Shown: positions 15,990 to 20,000 of the stretch, piece by piece
How the letters are laid out: the number at the start of each line of letters is the position of its first letter
Numbering within the stretch: position 1 is the first letter of the stretch
Source: an uncultured virus (IMG/VR IMGVR_UViG_3300044634_002018)
Lineage: Duplodnaviria > Heunggongvirae > Uroviricota > Caudoviricetes
Virus record (IMG/VR): IMGVR_UViG_3300044634_002018
Strand: one strand, 5' to 3'
Length of the DNA stretch: 20,000 bases
Made by a program: the position numbers and the translations under genes
The notes under the pieces: generated by a model
Database searches by the model: none
Told to the model about the DNA's origin: nothing
Seen by the model: the letters and a program-made list of their open reading frames with translations, nothing else

Positions 15990-16319
15990 TTATCCTATTT
16001 GTATTAACCCGTCAGGGTATTCTTTAAAAAACTCCACCATAGCCTGAGAATCCAATCTAGTAATCTTGTTGTTAACAGTCCAACCAACCCATTCAGACTT
16101 TGTTAAAGTCGTGCTAGAAGTTTCACTGGGTACTTTCAAAATAAGGTCAACATTGTGAAGATTTTCTTTGTCTATTCGAGCAATATACTCTTCTAGTTCT
16201 CTTTTATCCTCATATTCTCTCCATACATAACTTTCATTATCAGGATCCATAGAGGCTTCTAATTCTTGAACTTCTTCGTAAAGGTCTTTGTATTTATAAA
16301 AAATAGTCGATACAGACAT
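15990..16319 (-). CDS. Hypothetical acidic protein
   Basis: 109-aa ORF, Glu/Asp-rich. Confidence 0.7.
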   Translation of the reverse strand: MSVSTIFYKYKDLYEEVQELEASMDPDNESYVWREYEDKRELEEYIARIDKENLHNVDLILKVPSETSSTTLTKSEWVGWTVNNKITRLDSQAMVEFFKEYPDGLIQIG

Positions 16320-16461
16320 AAGTAAGTATAAGATAAATAGCGTGACACCACGTAGATAAGCGGTAATAAATAAATTCTTGGTCAGTTTTTGGACTCAAAA
16401 ATCCGGGCAGTTCCTTCCAAGTAAGGTAAATCCCATAATAAGGTATTAAGTATCTAAACAT
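16294..16461 (-). CDS. Small hydrophobic protein (55 aa), not in the supplied ORF track
   Basis: Manual translation MFRYLIPYYGIYLTWKELPGFLSPKTDQEFIYYRLSTWCHAIYLILTYVCIDYFL. It spans the only sizeable gap in the - strand array. Confidence 0.55.
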   Translation of the reverse strand: MFRYLIPYYGIYLTWKELPGFLSPKTDQEFIYYRLSTWCHAIYLILTYVCIDYFL

Positions 16462-16843
16462 GTGTTTCGTACCAAGTTAAAAATTGATTAATTATATCTG
16501 TGGTTGCTTCCATTTCTGTTGTGTAAGCATCTGTTCCAATAGCAAGTGTTCCTGTGGTAAAATACTCAAAAGAATCTTTGTAAGAAGGGGATATGTGCCC
16601 ATAGAATCCTTTTGACACTGAATCATATTTTATCTCAAATTCATCTACTATTTCTAAAGAGCATATTTTTGCTTTTACTTCTTGGAGCCAGTTCCAATCT
16701 GAATGAAATTTTAATTCATACAGAGTTTCGTACTTGTTTCCATCATGGTCAGTTACCTCATAGCAAAACCCAGCATCATAGAAAAAATCCCAACCTAGAA
16801 ATTTTGCACATCTAACATTAAAATCTTTTTGTGTTTGTGTCAT
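16454..16843 (-). CDS. Hypothetical phage protein (FHSDWNWL motif)
   Basis: AKFLGW...LKFHSDWNWLQEVKAKI...INQFLTWY. Confidence 0.75.
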   Translation of the reverse strand: MTQTQKDFNVRCAKFLGWDFFYDAGFCYEVTDHDGNKYETLYELKFHSDWNWLQEVKAKICSLEIVDEFEIKYDSVSKGFYGHISPSYKDSFEYFTTGTLAIGTDAYTTEMEATTDIINQFLTWYETHV

Positions 16844-16865
16844 TTTGTTTAAATTGAATTTATTA

Positions 16866-17228
16866 TTAAATTATGTAACGACGTATCTGATAATACACAT
16901 AACTGGCCCTATTATAAAAAGTGTTAACTTCTAAACTCCAGTCTTTTTCTCTAAAAGGGTGAGAACAAGAATAATCTATTGATTTACGTGGTGCTTTTAC
17001 ATTAAATATTATTTTAACTGAATCATTTACAAGTTTTACTTTTTCAATTTCTCCAAGAATAATTTCTTTGCGCCAGTCAAAACTAAGAATACATCTTAAA
17101 ACAAAATCTTCTTCTTTAGTTTTTATGCCAAGTTTAACCCTGTATTCATTTAATTGTTTTTTATGTTTTCTTAGCCAAGGCTCCGTAACAGGAAAACTAT
17201 AAATAAACTCTTTTTCCTCAATCTCCAT
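16866..17228 (-). CDS. Hypothetical basic protein
   Basis: ORF with an uncertain start (ATG 17228 or 17264; the track uses TTG 17273). Confidence 0.6.
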   Translation of the reverse strand: MEIEEKEFIYSFPVTEPWLRKHKKQLNEYRVKLGIKTKEEDFVLRCILSFDWRKEIILGEIEKVKLVNDSVKIIFNVKAPRKSIDYSCSHPFREKDWSLEVNTFYNRASYVYYQIRRYII

Positions 17229-17502
17229 TTCTTTTAAATTTTTCCCACTCTTCCGAGGTGGCATTGTAAGCAAATACTGATCTACTCATTGGATTTCCAT
17301 CTTCATCAGTAGTCCAGAGAGTATTGTCATTTGATTTTAAAAGGTATGTGTGTCTCCACCAATCCATTTTGATTTGCACATAATAGAGTTCTGAATGAAT
17401 TTTTATACAATGCCCAAACTTAACCTCGTTTTTGGTTAATAAAACAGAACCAGCATTTTGTTGTCGGGCTGGGTTTTGATTTCTATATTCTTGTAAAGTC
17501 AT
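17218..17502 (-). CDS. Hypothetical phage protein
   Basis: 94 aa with a TGATG overlap with the upstream gene. Confidence 0.7.
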   Translation of the reverse strand: MTLQEYRNQNPARQQNAGSVLLTKNEVKFGHCIKIHSELYYVQIKMDWWRHTYLLKSNDNTLWTTDEDGNPMSRSVFAYNATSEEWEKFKRNGD

Positions 17503-18263
17503 CAGTAAATTAAGTCTGAAAAATGAAACTCTTCATGTGTATAATCTTCAATAAGTGTTGTTTTAATGCTTAATTTTCCGGTATTTTTTATTCTGAATTT
17601 AATTCCGTACAACCCGTATTCTGAGTTTTCTATTCCTAGATTATTAGCGTCATGCTTGCAAATTTTGTTCCAATCTATAAGAAACTTATCCATTTTTTCA
17701 AGGCTATCCATTGGATCTTTTCCTATTATCTTTTGTGCTTGTTTAAACCCATACATGTAGTTTCTAGCAATACCCGGAATCCAGACAAAAGGATTATTGT
17801 ACTTTACTCTTTTCAAAATTTTTTCTTTATACTCTTCTACCACTGCTTCAACACTCCACAATTCTTTTGTATATTTCTGATAAGGTACTAAACAAGTTTT
17901 CTTTTGCGCCTCATAATCCATTGGATAATTTTCTGACATAGCCTCTTGTATAATACCTAAAGTATCTATTGTAAAATCTCTTTGGGGTTTATACTTCCTA
18001 TATCTGAATGTTTCTAAACCTAATTCATAGTAAGCGAAAGCATGCCCAGATGCACACATTTCTCCCCATAGTTGCATAAACCCTTTCCCATTGTAGTATT
18101 TGTTAACTCCTTCAAAATAATGCTCAAAAACATCGTGAAACACACCTTCTGGTGTCCAAAATGAATTAAAAGGAGTTTCTGTGTTTAAAGTTTTTACTGG
18201 AATCAAACCATATTCCCCTGTTGCCTCATCTACTGCGTATTTTAGTGTGACTTCGTACTGCAT
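17502..18263 (-). CDS. Hypothetical phage protein with a His/Glu cluster
   Basis: 253 aa containing FHDVFEHYFE...GEMCASGH. Confidence 0.75.
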   Translation of the reverse strand: MQYEVTLKYAVDEATGEYGLIPVKTLNTETPFNSFWTPEGVFHDVFEHYFEGVNKYYNGKGFMQLWGEMCASGHAFAYYELGLETFRYRKYKPQRDFTIDTLGIIQEAMSENYPMDYEAQKKTCLVPYQKYTKELWSVEAVVEEYKEKILKRVKYNNPFVWIPGIARNYMYGFKQAQKIIGKDPMDSLEKMDKFLIDWNKICKHDANNLGIENSEYGLYGIKFRIKNTGKLSIKTTLIEDYTHEEFHFSDLIY

Positions 18264-18673
18264 TATTTTAAAAGTTCTTGGTATTGTTTTTTGTAAGTGG
18301 CTAATGCGTTCTCAGTAACACGTATGTTATTTTCTAAAGTGTCTTTTCTTTCCACAAATTTTTTCAATTCGTATTCTTTAGCCGCTAATGTAACAGATGC
18401 TAAATCTTTAAACAAATCGTGTTCTTCAAACCACACTTCAAACCAAGGTGTAGTACCATCCGCATTGCCTAATTCATACCTTATTTCCCATTCATACCTA
18501 GACGTGTAATTATTGTCAAACCATTTTAATTTTAACTCTACTCCGAGTATGTCAACTTTTATGACTTTTCCAAAATGAAGCAAATATGCTTGATCGTTTA
18601 TTCCATACAAAGGAACTTTAACATTACTAAAATCTACTGGAGTACCTGTTTTTACTGTTATTTCTTGTTTCAT
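18263..18673 (-). CDS. Hypothetical phage protein with a C-terminal coiled coil
   Basis: 136 aa, overlaps both neighbours. Confidence 0.75.
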   Translation of the reverse strand: MKQEITVKTGTPVDFSNVKVPLYGINDQAYLLHFGKVIKVDILGVELKLKWFDNNYTSRYEWEIRYELGNADGTTPWFEVWFEEHDLFKDLASVTLAAKEYELKKFVERKDTLENNIRVTENALATYKKQYQELLK

Positions 18674-19359
18674 AATATTTTAATGACTTTTATGATGTTG
18701 TTTGTGATTTTAATATCAAATGATTTACCACTGATACAAGCAGGGCATTCTGTACAGTTATTGTTTCCATCAACAAAAACACTACTTCCTTTACAATGCT
18801 CACAGTTTTCCAATTCTATTTTAACTCCCCACTCTTTTACTTTATTTAAAGAGTTTAAGTAATTATTCAAAATTACATGTCGTGGAACTCCTACGCCAGA
18901 ATCTCTATCTATCCAAGCATCTGTCTGATAATAGTTATTATCCACGAATGCTAAATAGTCTGCAAGGTCTTCTTTACTAAACCCTAGTAATTTTTGAGCC
19001 TTTCTAAACCCGTCTATATAACCGTGTACATAAGTGACTTTATGGTTAGAGGTATAAGTTGCTTCTTGAATTTCACTACTTCTATCTGCCAAAACCTCAA
19101 CATTTATATACTTAATAGTATTGCATTCTGACTTAGTTAATGCAGAAAAATCAATATTTGGTAGATCTGAATTGTGGTAAAAGTTTGTTTTTGCTATTAC
19201 TTTTGACCTATAATTACTCTGTGCTAGATTAAAATAAGCGATACTAAAAGGCTCATCAGAAGTGGGTTCATAATAATAATCGCCTTCTCTGATTTCTTCA
19301 TTGCTAGTGATAAGATAAGAATTGTCTAGTTTTCTTAGTGTGTATTTTACCTCTGTCAT
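18670..19359 (-). CDS. Hypothetical phage protein with a C-terminal zinc-finger-like segment
   Basis: EEIREGDYY...KVIAKT N-terminal region and CEHCKG...CPAC near the C-terminus. Confidence 0.75.
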   Translation of the reverse strand: MTEVKYTLRKLDNSYLITSNEEIREGDYYYEPTSDEPFSIAYFNLAQSNYRSKVIAKTNFYHNSDLPNIDFSALTKSECNTIKYINVEVLADRSSEIQEATYTSNHKVTYVHGYIDGFRKAQKLLGFSKEDLADYLAFVDNNYYQTDAWIDRDSGVGVPRHVILNNYLNSLNKVKEWGVKIELENCEHCKGSSVFVDGNNNCTECPACISGKSFDIKITNNIIKVIKIL

Positions 19360-19635
19360 TTAATCTTCTGTTAAGTTTTTTAAATATTCCCCTACTTCTT
19401 TTTTACCTTCTTTTACTCCTTTTTCTACTCCTAACTCAAATGCTTGTTCCGCCAATATTCTTAAAACGTCTTTTAAAGTAGTTTTATCGTTATTACGTAT
19501 GCGAATTACTTGCCAATGACCTGAAAAATAAAATTCAACTTTTGCGTAAAGACCTTCTGTTTGATTAATATCTTTCTCTGTAAACAGAAACTCACATTCT
19601 ATAAGTTGATCTTGTAATTTTTTTGTTATGTTCAT
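19360..19635 (-). CDS. Hypothetical phage protein
   Basis: 91 aa with an ATGA overlap. Confidence 0.7.
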   Translation of the reverse strand: MNITKKLQDQLIECEFLFTEKDINQTEGLYAKVEFYFSGHWQVIRIRNNDKTTLKDVLRILAEQAFELGVEKGVKEGKKEVGEYLKNLTED

Positions 19636-20000
19636 GTGTGAAATAATTTATAGCATTGGACTTCTGTAATGAGTCCCTCTTGCACTAATAAGAAAATAAC
19701 CTTTTTCCAATCTACATAAGGTCTTTCAAGTGCAGGTCTTACAAGAGGTGTTCCTAGCGCGGAATCATCTATCATAAAATTTGCGTATGACTTAGGGGAA
19801 CTCGTCCAAGAAAGTTGAGTTGGATTAGTTTGAATCCCATATAAAGGTATGTCATGTTTCTTGAACCAGTTTACTGCTTCTGTGAGGTAATTACCTTTAG
19901 GAGTGTCACTCCTCATTGTAAAAAGAATAAGTTGATGCCCATTCTCTACTAAGGTTTTAAGAACTGGTACTGCTCCTATTTCTTCTCCTATTTCTGGAAA
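19632..20000 (-). CDS. HAD-superfamily hydrolase/phosphatase (5'-truncated by the window edge)
   Basis: Frame is open to the window end: FPEIGEEIGAVPVLKTLVENGHQLILFTMRS (motif II Thr), SPK (motif III Lys), MIDD (motif IV). The DxDGT motif I would lie outside the window. Confidence 0.8.
   Translation of the reverse strand, partial: FPEIGEEIGAVPVLKTLVENGHQLILFTMRSDTPKGNYLTEAVNWFKKHDIPLYGIQTNPTQLSWTSSPKSYANFMIDDSALGTPLVRPALERPYVDWKKVIFLLVQEGLITEVQCYKLFHT

Noticed and set aside
16320..16453. tRNA or ncRNA in the apparent intergenic gap
   Set aside because: No cloverleaf or T-loop motif seen, and the gap is explained by a 55-aa ORF.
11111..18862. + strand ORFs within the - strand array
   Set aside because: Antisense to a tightly coupled gene array. 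Their hydrophobic Phe/Ile/Leu content reflects the reverse complement of Lys/Glu/Asn codons.
1..20000. Stop-codon reassignment as in some Bacteroidota phages
   Set aside because: Genes tile densely under the standard code, recognisable domains are uninterrupted, and TAA, TGA and TAG all appear as plausible stops.
1..20000. CRISPR array
   Set aside because: No regularly spaced 25-45-bp direct repeats were seen.

Overview
AT-rich, gene-dense segment that looks like a tailed-phage genome, probably infecting Bacteroidota. The host call rests on AT-rich translation starts without Shine-Dalgarno, TAnnTTTG motifs and signal peptides followed by Gln. The + strand (1-10214) is a late module: a >2130-aa repetitive tail fibre/tailspike with a central beta-helix depolymerase-like domain, a Gly-rich protein with an unexpected signal peptide, a possible PL14-like protein, two holin-like membrane proteins, an Amidase_2 endolysin, an intact-looking metacaspase (peptidase C14) and a 124-aa helical protein. 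Two hairpins at about 10202-10285 separate this from a convergent - strand array of about 24 tightly packed accessory genes. That array includes a divergent lipoprotein signal peptidase II (LspA) homolog, an IMPDH/GMP-reductase-fold protein lacking the catalytic Cys, tandem paralogs, Cys-rich small proteins and a partial HAD hydrolase. No rRNA, tRNA, CRISPR array, integrase or reverse transcriptase was seen. All family assignments come from motif recognition by eye, not database searches.
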